DNA of 64,000 nt, taken from the NCBI GenBank assembly GCA_030700125.1, contig JAUYKE010000021.1, forward strand, positions 2,492-66,491, in the 5' to 3' direction. The DNA is from Candidatus Colwellbacteria bacterium. Lineage in GTDB: Bacteria; Patescibacteriota; Minisyncoccia; UBA6257; Colwellbacteraceae. Below, piece by piece: positions 42,127 to 49,637 of the stretch. Numbering within the stretch: the first letter of the stretch is position 1; the number at the start of each line of letters is the position of its first letter. The translations under genes and the position numbers were made by a program. The notes under the pieces were generated by a model. It saw only the letters and a list, made by a program, of their open reading frames with translations, did not search any database and had not been told where the DNA came from.

Positions 42127-42787
42127 GACCCTCGTCGTTGCTTTTGGGATCTACTTCCTCCGGCGAGGAGGTCCCGAGTGGGGGGCGCTTTTTTTGTTTT
42201 TTGCTCTCTTCTTGGTTGTCTACCTCCGACCCCCTCTTAACAATCGGAAGTTTTTGGTTTCAGCACTGGGTCTTATGGCTCTGCCGATTCTTCTCCCGCC
42301 GATGGGAGTTGGGTTAGAGAGGATTTTAATCATTGTATGGACTGGTGCTTTATTTTTCCTCCTCGGAGTTAAAAACTTAATCCTTCTCCGAAGACAAGGG
42401 AGCTATGAGATTGTCCATCTCCTTGTCGTCTTCGGATTAGGAGCTTTATACCTCTTAAATTTTATTCCCTTCGCCCCCCAAATTATTCTTTTCCTTGCCT
42501 TTTTTCTCCTTTTTAGGGAGTTTTATTTTGTCTTGGCGCCTCATTATCCCCAGCGGTTGACCTTGGTTGCGGTTGTTGAGGCCTTCCTATTAGTAGAGGT
42601 CGCTTGGATCCTGTTTTTCCTGCCGATTAACTTCTTGGCTGGGGCCGCCCTCTTGGCGCTTATCACATTTATTTTCCACGATCTTATCCTTCATCATCTC
42701 CAAGGGACGCTCTCCCGCCAAATCATTCTCCGCAACGTCACTTTATTCGTTGCCCTCTCAATTCTCCTCGCCATCCTCCCCGCTTGA
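42071..42787 (+). CDS. hypothetical polytopic membrane protein
   Basis: Very hydrophobic; start uncertain, overlaps clpB end. Confidence 0.7.
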   Translation: MAAKLELGGRHPVLGLLLKTLVVAFGIYFLRRGGPEWGALFLFFALFLVVYLRPPLNNRKFLVSALGLMALPILLPPMGVGLERILIIVWTGALFFLLGVKNLILLRRQGSYEIVHLLVVFGLGALYLLNFIPFAPQIILFLAFFLLFREFYFVLAPHYPQRLTLVAVVEAFLLVEVAWILFFLPINFLAGAALLALITFIFHDLILHHLQGTLSRQIILRNVTLFVALSILLAILPA

Positions 42788-42813
42788 TACCCTCTTTAGG
42801 GTTGGGCGACCTT

Positions 42814-42842
42814 TTGACAAGTTTGAGCTGCCCCTATATTAT
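42814..42842 (+). promoter_or_regulatory. sigma70 promoter of rny
   Basis: TTGACA-17-TATTAT. Confidence 0.7.
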
Positions 42843-42881
42843 TATTTCGTCCAATGAAAAAATTAATTACTTATAACAACT

Positions 42882-44405
42882 ATGACCTACACACTACCTT
42901 TTGTGGCCGGCTTGGTTATTGTCGGCATAATTGCAGGCTACTTCGTTCGCTACTTATTCGCCGCCCGGCGAATTGATTCTCTTGAGCGCCGCCTAAAAGA
43001 AGACATCCGTAAAGCCAAAAGCGAGGCTCAGGACATCGTACTAGAGGCCAAGAATAAGGCAGTTGGTCTTTTAGACGAAACCAAAGAAGATCTTAAAGAA
43101 CGAAAGACAGGCCTCGACCGGCTAGAAGAGCGTCTCTTCAAGAAAGACGAAGAGTTAGTTAAGCGTGAAGGTGGACTAAGGACTGAAAGAGAAGAGCTTG
43201 CAGGAGAGATAAAAAAGATAGAGGGAAGAAACCTGGAGTTAGAAGAGATTAAGACCAATGTCCGTGAAGAACTCTCGCGGGTTGCCGGACTCACCTCCGA
43301 AGAAGCCAAAGAGAAATTAATGAAGGAGGTAGAGGAGAAGCACAGCGAAGATTTAACAAAAGCGCTTGCCGCGCTTACTAGGGAAAAACGGGAAGAGATC
43401 GAAAAGAGAAGTTTGGGGATTATGACTGAGGCGATTCAGCGCTACGCCAGGAGTCACGTGGCCGAGATGACTACCTCGGTCCTTACCCTCCCATCGGAGG
43501 ACTTAAAAGGGAAAATCATTGGCCGGGAAGGAAGAAATATCCGGACATTGGAGCGATTAACTGGGGTGGAGCTCATCATTGATGAAACACCGGAAACAAT
43601 TATCATTTCCTCTTTTGATCCGATGCGACGCGAGGTCGCCAGATTAGCCCTTCAGAAATTAATTAAAGACGGCCGAATCCAGCCGGCAAAAATTGAGGAA
43701 AAAGTAGAAGAAGCCAAAGCGGAAATTGACACACGGATTTTTGAGATCGGCGAAGAAGCCTCATATGAGGTTGGCATCTTGGGTTTGCCAAGAGAGATTA
43801 TTCAGCTTTTGGGGCGGTTAAGCTTCCGGACCAGTTTTGGCCAGAACGTTTTAGTCCATTCGATAGAAATGGCTCACCTAGCCGGCATGATGGCCGCCGA
43901 GCTGGGGGTAAATGTTGAGGTTACTAAAACCGGGGCACTCCTGCACGACATTGGTAAAGCCATTGACCACGAAGTCCCGGGGACACACGTTGAGCTGGGA
44001 AGAAAAATATTGAAAAAGTATGGCATTGATGACCAAATCATCGCCGCCATGGAATCACACCATGAGGAGTACCCCTTCTCAACTCCTGAATCGTTTATCG
44101 TAGCAGCAGCCGACATTCTCTCCGCCGCCCGGCCGGGAGCAAGGCGCGGCACCTTAGAGAACTACTTAAAACGACTGGAAGACCTGGAAAAGATTGCCAC
44201 TAGTTTTGACGGTGTTAAGCAGGCCTACGCCCTTTCCGCCGGCAGAGAAGTTCGAGTTTTCGTTGTCCCTGAGAAAATTGATGATTTTCGGGCCCTCCAG
44301 CTGGCCAGAGACATTGCCAATAAGATTGAATCGGAACTCAAGTACCCGGGCGAGATTAAAGTGAACGTTGTTCGGGAGAGCCGGGCTGTGGAGTACGCCA
44401 AATAG
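42882..44405 (+). CDS. rny: ribonuclease Y
   Basis: TM, coiled coil, KH (KGKIIGREGRNIR), HD (LLHDIGK). Confidence 0.97.
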   Translation: MTYTLPFVAGLVIVGIIAGYFVRYLFAARRIDSLERRLKEDIRKAKSEAQDIVLEAKNKAVGLLDETKEDLKERKTGLDRLEERLFKKDEELVKREGGLRTEREELAGEIKKIEGRNLELEEIKTNVREELSRVAGLTSEEAKEKLMKEVEEKHSEDLTKALAALTREKREEIEKRSLGIMTEAIQRYARSHVAEMTTSVLTLPSEDLKGKIIGREGRNIRTLERLTGVELIIDETPETIIISSFDPMRREVARLALQKLIKDGRIQPAKIEEKVEEAKAEIDTRIFEIGEEASYEVGILGLPREIIQLLGRLSFRTSFGQNVLVHSIEMAHLAGMMAAELGVNVEVTKTGALLHDIGKAIDHEVPGTHVELGRKILKKYGIDDQIIAAMESHHEEYPFSTPESFIVAAADILSAARPGARRGTLENYLKRLEDLEKIATSFDGVKQAYALSAGREVRVFVVPEKIDDFRALQLARDIANKIESELKYPGEIKVNVVRESRAVEYAK

Positions 44406-44474
44406 TCCCGCACCCTTCGAGGATTTGCGCTTCGCGCATTTGGTACGGAGTACTCATCCTCGAAGGGTGCGGGA
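44406..44474. repeat. long hairpin with CCCGCACC/GGTGCGGG arms
   Basis: tcccgcacccttcgaggat...atcctcgaagggtgcggga, 19-bp perfect arms. Confidence 0.8.
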
Positions 44475-44556
44475 TAGCGTGTTTAAGCCATTTTTGCTAT
44501 AATGGCTTCACGAATTGGCTTAAATAAAGGTCGGATTTATTTTTCGGAATAAGCAG

Positions 44557-44832
44557 ATGAAGAAATCAGAATTAGCAGAAGCAGTAATGTCTAAAGCTAG
44601 CCTTGAGTCCAAGCGTCAAGCCGAGGCCGTTGTTGATGCAGTTTTCGACACCATTACTAAGGCCATGAGCCAAGGTGAGGATGTTGCCATTACAGGTTTC
44701 GGTACCTTTAGAGTAAGGAAGAGAGCGGCAAAGATCGGTATTAACCCGAGAACCGGAGAAAAACTTCAGGTTCCGGCAAAAACTGTTCCTAAATTCTCAG
44801 CTGGCAAGGCCCTAAAAGAGGCCGTCGCCTAG
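44557..44832 (+). CDS. hup: DNA-binding protein HU
   Basis: GFGTF..RKRAAKIGINPRTGE..PKFSAGKALK. Confidence 0.96.
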   Translation: MKKSELAEAVMSKASLESKRQAEAVVDAVFDTITKAMSQGEDVAITGFGTFRVRKRAAKIGINPRTGEKLQVPAKTVPKFSAGKALKEAVA

Positions 44833-44834
44833 CA

Positions 44835-44873
44835 AATAAAAAAACCTCTGGGATTCCAGAGGTTTTTTTATTT
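44835..44873. terminator. bidirectional intrinsic terminator
   Basis: aaataaaaaaacctctgg-gatt-ccagaggttttttta. Confidence 0.85.
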
Positions 44874-44879
44874 CAAAAC

Positions 44880-45665
44880 TTATATCCCGAGGGCCTCTTT
44901 GACTAATTGATTGAGTTCAAGGAATATCCCGTAAACGGTTTTAACGTTATTCAAGCTTTGCTCAATCATGTCTTTAGCTGAGGGTTCTTCGCTTTTTCCT
45001 GGATCAGTGGAAGTAGCTAAGATTATTTTTTTGGCTTCTCCTTGGAGGTCGGCGGCTTCTTTAAGAAGACTGGTCACCTCGTCTAGTTTCTCTTGGAAAT
45101 CACCTTCTCTGACTACGCCTAGTTTATCGAGTTTCTTGATATCGGCCCCGATTTTACTAAACCGGTCGTTGGCCACCCCCAAAACTTCTTCGTTATAAAA
45201 AACTAAGATAAACCTTATGGTCTCCTCAACCCCCGGGGTGTAGGTAGTATCGCGGTATTCCTTGATCTCTTTAGCCAGATCTTTTACTTCGTCCAAACTC
45301 CCCTTCTTATCCAAATTTTCCTTGGCGTTCAAGTAATACTCGGCATAAGTATCAAGGTCGCCCAACGCTTCGTTCTTCAACGTTTGCTCCCGGCTATCCT
45401 CAGGGAAATTTAGCTCGTTTAGCCTGTTCTTTAAGCTCTCCACTTTCTTTAAAGATAAATCGAGGGCCCTAACCAAATCTTCTTTGGCCTTGGCTAATTT
45501 CTCTTCAGGAGCCAGGGAGGCGCTATCAACTGAAAGAAGATCAACCGAAAGAAGAGTTGAACTGGTGCTCTCGGCTCGGGCCGTTCCTACGTTGAAACTC
45601 ACAAACGCTCCCGTCAAAGGAATTGCTAGCCCAACCAGTAAGATGGTTCGCTTGAGCCGCCTCAT
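44880..45665 (-). CDS. secreted helical protein, third gene of the ECF operon
   Basis: Signal peptide ending ARA; helical acidic body; TAATG coupling. Confidence 0.7.
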   Translation of the reverse strand: MRRLKRTILLVGLAIPLTGAFVSFNVGTARAESTSSTLLSVDLLSVDSASLAPEEKLAKAKEDLVRALDLSLKKVESLKNRLNELNFPEDSREQTLKNEALGDLDTYAEYYLNAKENLDKKGSLDEVKDLAKEIKEYRDTTYTPGVEETIRFILVFYNEEVLGVANDRFSKIGADIKKLDKLGVVREGDFQEKLDEVTSLLKEAADLQGEAKKIILATSTDPGKSEEPSAKDMIEQSLNNVKTVYGIFLELNQLVKEALGI

Positions 45666-46156
45666 TAGTATTCGTTAATTACCTGATTTAATAGTTTATC
45701 GATTTCTTGATCGGTGACGGCTTCGGTGAGAAGAAGCTTTTCTTTCTGGGATTGAACCCTTTCAGCATCAAGAGCCACCACTCTTTCAGTACTTGTTTTA
45801 TGAACGCCGAAGTAAGCAATCTCATTTAGCTGAAGATTGATATCTTCATTAATGGCATCAGCTTCGGTGAGAAGCGCTTTCTCATCAATTCCCTGAAGAG
45901 GGGGGAGAAAAAAAGACTTTGATAAACCGAAGAGTCCGCCAAGAATCACCACCAGGAAAAGTGCCGCTACCAAAGTAGTCTCAAAAGCGAAGCTAAAACT
46001 TCGAACTACCTGAACCAAAATGCCCGGTTGCGGTTCGCGGTAGTCCGCTCTCTGCGTCAAGATTAAGCGACGCGAATTACGGATATATTCGGCATCCGGT
46101 TCTATTCTCCGTAATCCTTGCAGATTTTTAGTTATTTCTTCGTTAGTTAATCTCAT
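45665..46156 (-). CDS. putative single-TM anti-sigma factor
   Basis: LRRIEPDAEY N-terminus, one TM, overlaps the sigma gene. Confidence 0.65.
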   Translation of the reverse strand: MRLTNEEITKNLQGLRRIEPDAEYIRNSRRLILTQRADYREPQPGILVQVVRSFSFAFETTLVAALFLVVILGGLFGLSKSFFLPPLQGIDEKALLTEADAINEDINLQLNEIAYFGVHKTSTERVVALDAERVQSQKEKLLLTEAVTDQEIDKLLNQVINEY

Positions 46157-46691
46157 TTTTTTTGAGAATTCCTTTTAGGTTTTTGAGGGCCCGGTGCTGG
46201 ATGAGCTTTACCGCTCCCTCACTCTTGCCGACTATTAGAGCTGCTTCCTGGTGAGTCAAATCTTCAACGAATCGCAGAATGAGTACCTCCTGTTCAACCT
46301 CTTTTAATTCTCTCATTGCCGTAAGAAGCAATTCCCACTCAATTTTCATATCCAGAAAATCTGACTGTGATTGCTCCTCGGCGGCTAAGTAAGAGGTAAC
46401 CTCTTCGATATTCACTTGCGGATTGGCTTTCCGGTGACTGTCAATAATGGTGTTTCTGGCAATCCGGTAAAGCCAGCTGCCAAAGGGATATCCTTTAGAC
46501 TCGTACTGCTCGATCCGCTCCCAGGCTTTTAAAAAAGTTTGGTGGGTGATGTCCTCAGCTTCCTCACGATGGCTTACTCGAAACAAGACGAAACGATAGA
46601 TCGGGGGCAAATAATGATCATAAAGTAAGCCAAAAGCCTCGGCCTCCCCACCTTTTGCCCGTTCAACTATCCTCGGCTCGTCCTCTATCAT
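46143..46691 (-). CDS. ECF RNA polymerase sigma factor
   Basis: EAFGLLYD, AEDITHQTFLKAW, WLYRIARN, region 4 GKSEGAVKLIQHRA. Confidence 0.93.
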   Translation of the reverse strand: MIEDEPRIVERAKGGEAEAFGLLYDHYLPPIYRFVLFRVSHREEAEDITHQTFLKAWERIEQYESKGYPFGSWLYRIARNTIIDSHRKANPQVNIEEVTSYLAAEEQSQSDFLDMKIEWELLLTAMRELKEVEQEVLILRFVEDLTHQEAALIVGKSEGAVKLIQHRALKNLKGILKKNEIN

Positions 46692-46746
46692 TTAAAACGA
46701 AATTTAGCTCTATTTAGTTACTAGATTTAGACCCCATGGTCAAGGG

Positions 46747-47046
46747 TTATTCGATCGGATTTTTTAGAAGATCGAGGCCGGCTTTGATGCCTTCCAGCCC
46801 CTCCTGGAGTTCGTTCTCTTTGAATCCCCCTAAAGAAGGAGTGGTGGTTGCGGATGAGTTCGCGGCTAATTTCTCGTCCGGGGTTTTTGGGGCGGCTGAT
46901 TCCTCATTATTAAAATCAGCAATTGTTGCCGTTTGAGGAAGGAGTGAATCGACCTTCCTCTCCGAAAGATGCGAATAAGCGTAAAAGAAGGCAATAAAGA
47001 TAATTATAATCGTGAGGGATCCTAATATGGCAGTGGGTAATTTCAT
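46747..47046 (-). CDS. small single-TM hypothetical protein
   Basis: N-terminal TM; TAAAAT shortly before ATG. Confidence 0.65.
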   Translation of the reverse strand: MKLPTAILGSLTIIIIFIAFFYAYSHLSERKVDSLLPQTATIADFNNEESAAPKTPDEKLAANSSATTTPSLGGFKENELQEGLEGIKAGLDLLKNPIE

Positions 47047-47070
47047 ACTCTTATTTTAACAAATTAACTA

Positions 47071-47144
47071 TGGAGCGGGTAAGGGGAGTCGAACCCCTGT
47101 CAACAGGTTGGAAACCTGTGGTAATGCCGTTATACCATACCCGC
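47071..47144 (-). tRNA. tRNA-Gly(UCC)
   Basis: ACAGG-TT-TCC-AA-CCTGT; TCCA end. Confidence 0.93.
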
Positions 47145-47153
47145 TTTTACACG

Positions 47154-47191
47154 TGCCCCCGAGAGGAATCGAACCTACATTATGAGCTCCG
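47154..47191 (-). pseudogene. tRNA-Arg(NCG)-like 3' half
   Basis: cggagctcataatgtaggttcgattcctctcgggggca, preceded by a GGTGCGGGG repeat arm. Confidence 0.7.
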
Positions 47192-47210
47192 CCCCGCACC
47201 ATGCTTTTTG

Positions 47211-47282
47211 TACCCCCAGCAGGAATCGAACCCGCATCACGAGCTCCGCAAGCTCGCATTCTGTCCGTTGAACTATGGGGGC
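47211..47282 (-). tRNA. tRNA-Arg(GCG)
   Basis: CGAGC-TT-GCG-GA-GCTCG; intact cloverleaf. Confidence 0.9.
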
Positions 47283-47336
47283 ATGTGCGGGATTACGGTT
47301 TTTATCTCCGACTTACGTCAGAGAAAAACCGGGAAC

Positions 47337-47405
47337 AATCTTCGTGTTCTGCCTGCCCCGCACCGAACTTCGTTCTGGTGCTGGGGTCCATTAAACTACG
47401 AGGGC
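47337..47405 (-). pseudogene. tRNA-Arg-like 5' half with a palindromic element in the D-loop
   Basis: gccctcgtagtttaatgga[ccccagcacc...ggtgcggggcagg]cagaacacgaagatt. Confidence 0.72.
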
Positions 47406-47529
47406 AGGACTCTCTTATTATTCACGTCTTACGACAGCGAATCAATATCTCTTTTCCCAAACCCCCAAATAATAAACCAGGAGCCCAGTAGCTTGCTGTC
47501 GTGCGGAAGCTCTTATAGCAGCTAAGCGA

Positions 47530-47659
47530 AACCAATATCTCTTCTCCGAAACCTCCGGAGGCGAGCGGGCATGGTTCGAGCAATAGCGAGAGAGCGAGCC
47601 GAGGACAAGCGCAGTTTCCTCGCTGGGGAAACAAGCGGGTTGAGGGAAGAAATATTGGT
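47530..47659. mobile_element. MITE-like element with imperfect terminal inverted repeats of about 22 bp
   Basis: accaatatctcttctccgaaacc ... ggttgagggaagaaatattggt. Confidence 0.5.
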
Positions 47660-47973
47660 GAGCGGTTTCTCATAGACAGCGAGATGCTGGACGACCAAAC
47701 TCTTATCCACATCCCCCAATTGACTTTCAAGCAAGATCAGGGTAAAAAGAGAATTGAACATTAAAAGGGTTCCTCGAAGAAGAATTCTGGAAAGGAAAGG
47801 GGAGTTTCACTGCAATTGCCATCTGGCCGCTATAGCTTATCAGTAATCCATAGTTATCAGATGGCAGTTGCAGAAACCGCCACTCTATCCCTAAGAGCGC
47901 TTTGGCGTCGGGGATTAGAAATGGCGGTTTTTGCGTTTTTATATGGCCACCGCTGGATTACAGGGAGGCGAAG

Positions 47974-48183
47974 ATGTCTATCAGTCAGAGACTCCGCGAA
48001 GACCAGCTCGGGCCTACTCAAGAAGTTCTTGACTGGCGTTTCCAGGTGCTCCTGGAAGCCCGCTATCCGAGGGAGGATGCGTGGGAGATTGCGAGTGAAC
48101 TTTCTGTCGACCTCCATGAGGCAGCGGACCTAGTAGTAAAGAAAGGGTGTCCGCCAGAGATGGCGGCAGCTATCCTTCTATGA
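47974..48183 (+). CDS. small hypothetical protein (WR..L..A.Y....A..IA....VDLH.A..L...GCPP..A..IL)
   Basis: SD AGGGAGG before ATG 47974. Confidence 0.7.
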   Translation: MSISQRLREDQLGPTQEVLDWRFQVLLEARYPREDAWEIASELSVDLHEAADLVVKKGCPPEMAAAILL

Positions 48184-48196
48184 GAAGGGGGCGGTC

Positions 48197-48433
48197 ATGT
48201 CGAGCCAGGTAAGGCCAACCATCGGAGAGGTGGTGGACGACTGTCGGATGGTGCTAACTTGCCCGGAACTTGATGAGGCTTCGATGAACGGAGTCACATC
48301 TTCCGGGCTGGATAGAAGAGACATGGTTTCCATCATTTGCAGTCACACCCATTCTCCTGATGCAGGATGCGGGTGTGCCCAGAAGATCGATCCGAACACT
48401 CTCACTTCCTATGCGGAGGAGGTAGGGCTATAG
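48197..48433 (+). CDS. small Cys/His-containing hypothetical protein
   Basis: SD present; terminator hairpin at about 48457-48484. Confidence 0.55.
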   Translation: MSSQVRPTIGEVVDDCRMVLTCPELDEASMNGVTSSGLDRRDMVSIICSHTHSPDAGCGCAQKIDPNTLTSYAEEVGL

Positions 48434-48593
48434 AGTAAACCGTCAACAACTAAGAAAAGGGGACAACCGAGGTATGTCCCCTTTCGAACATTTATGAGAT
48501 CTGGCGCTTGTCTGTTTGAAAATATCCCTGCCTACCGGCAGGCAGGCGAACTGAACTGGCTGGGCCCCGCGGGCGGAGTAAATGACAAAAAAA

Positions 48594-48884
48594 TCAATCA
48601 GTGATAAATAAAGAATGGAAAATGATAAAAAGAATCACACACAACCCTAAAAGAATAGATAGGAGAACTGAAATAGAGCCATCTTGATATTTCCTTTTAG
48701 CAATTATTCCGATGATAAAGGCAATGATGCTTGCGGAGAACACAATAGGCACGGTTACATCCCACCAATGATCATCAAAATTTAGTACTTTCAAAATTTG
48801 AGCAAGAAAGATTGAAGCGATAATTGCGATCAGGAAAAAGATGTGTAGTCCAACTGACCATTTACCTAATTTAGTTCTTGGCAT
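48594..48884 (-). CDS. small three-TM membrane protein
   Basis: MPRTKLGKWSVGL, hydrophobic, AT-rich. Confidence 0.7.
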   Translation of the reverse strand: MPRTKLGKWSVGLHIFFLIAIIASIFLAQILKVLNFDDHWWDVTVPIVFSASIIAFIIGIIAKRKYQDGSISVLLSILLGLCVILFIIFHSLFITD

Positions 48885-48969
48885 AAATTACCCTTATTAT
48901 ATGTGTTCCACTTCAAAGTTTTTCTTCCTAGAGCGTTCCGAGCAACGCTCGGAGTAGCTTGGCGGCAAA

Positions 48970-49278
48970 TTACTTTAACTCAACTATCAAAACATGGGTC
49001 TCGGTTTCTCCAATATTTTCACCTATATGAATTTGGGCCTCAGACCAAATAATGTCACCGGCTTTGAATTCGCGCGGTATAACTTTTCCATTGTCTAAAT
49101 GTATGTTCCGCTTGAAAGCACCTAAAGCATAGAGCACAAAAGCAGGATGTTTATGTCTATTTGTCTTTTCGCCAGGCTTATCGCGATAATCTAATACCCG
49201 TACCCGTTCATTTTCGTATATAACCTTATACTTATCAGGATCAGTTGTTACTGCATCTTGAACTGGTTGTGTATCCAT
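48970..49278 (-). CDS. cupin-like protein
   Basis: YENERVRVL..PGEKT..HKHP...H.GENIG.TETHVLIVELK. Confidence 0.85.
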   Translation of the reverse strand: MDTQPVQDAVTTDPDKYKVIYENERVRVLDYRDKPGEKTNRHKHPAFVLYALGAFKRNIHLDNGKVIPREFKAGDIIWSEAQIHIGENIGETETHVLIVELK

Positions 49279-49450
49279 ATTTTTTATTTCCTTTTAGTTT
49301 AATTTTATATAATCGACCTTTTCGTTATACCAAATCTTCCATTGGAACGCCTAACGCTTTGGCGACTAATCTTTAAATGAATTTTTATCGAGGCAACTCG
49401 GTCGCTGACTCGCCTCGGCTGAGTCGGTCCCTCGATAAAAAATGTTGTCT

Positions 49451-49507
49451 GGCTAAATCAAAATTCTTAAGAATTTTGATCGCCCGATCGCTTATAGCGA
49501 TTTAGGG
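49451..49507 (+). repeat. two-hairpin scaffold element, copy 1
   Basis: ggctaaatcaa-[stem-loop]-ttgatcgcccga-[stem-loop]-tttaggg; copy 2 at 58484-58542 (minus strand). Confidence 0.75.
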
Positions 49508-49556
49508 CGGGACATTCGGGTTAAGTAGCCGGAGTATCCAATCAGTATAAGGGTTT
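49507..49556 (-). repeat. 50-bp direct repeat, copy 1 (contains a minus-strand TATACT -10 box)
   Basis: 47/50 identical to 53374-53423. Confidence 0.85.
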
Positions 49557-49637
49557 TCGAGAGGTTATTCCAGAAAGCAATTTGAGGTGTCTCGGTCAAG
49601 ATTAAGCGAGATCGCGGTTTCTGGTAAACTTAGCCGA

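Noticed and set aside
47154-47405. Trans-spliced or split tRNA-Arg from the 5' half (47337-47405) and 3' half (47154-47191)
   Set aside because: Acceptor strands could pair (GCCCTCG/CGGGGGC), but the anticodon-stem strands (CGAAG vs GCTCA) cannot, so they are better read as two separate relics.
47068-47761. ORFs 47070-47525, 47201-47491, 47422-47730 and similar ORFs at 13522-13901, 23243-23440, 24760-25035, 56175-56420 and 58426-58638
   Set aside because: They are translations of tRNA genes and palindromic repeats (ESNP/WDSNP-type peptides), not proteins.
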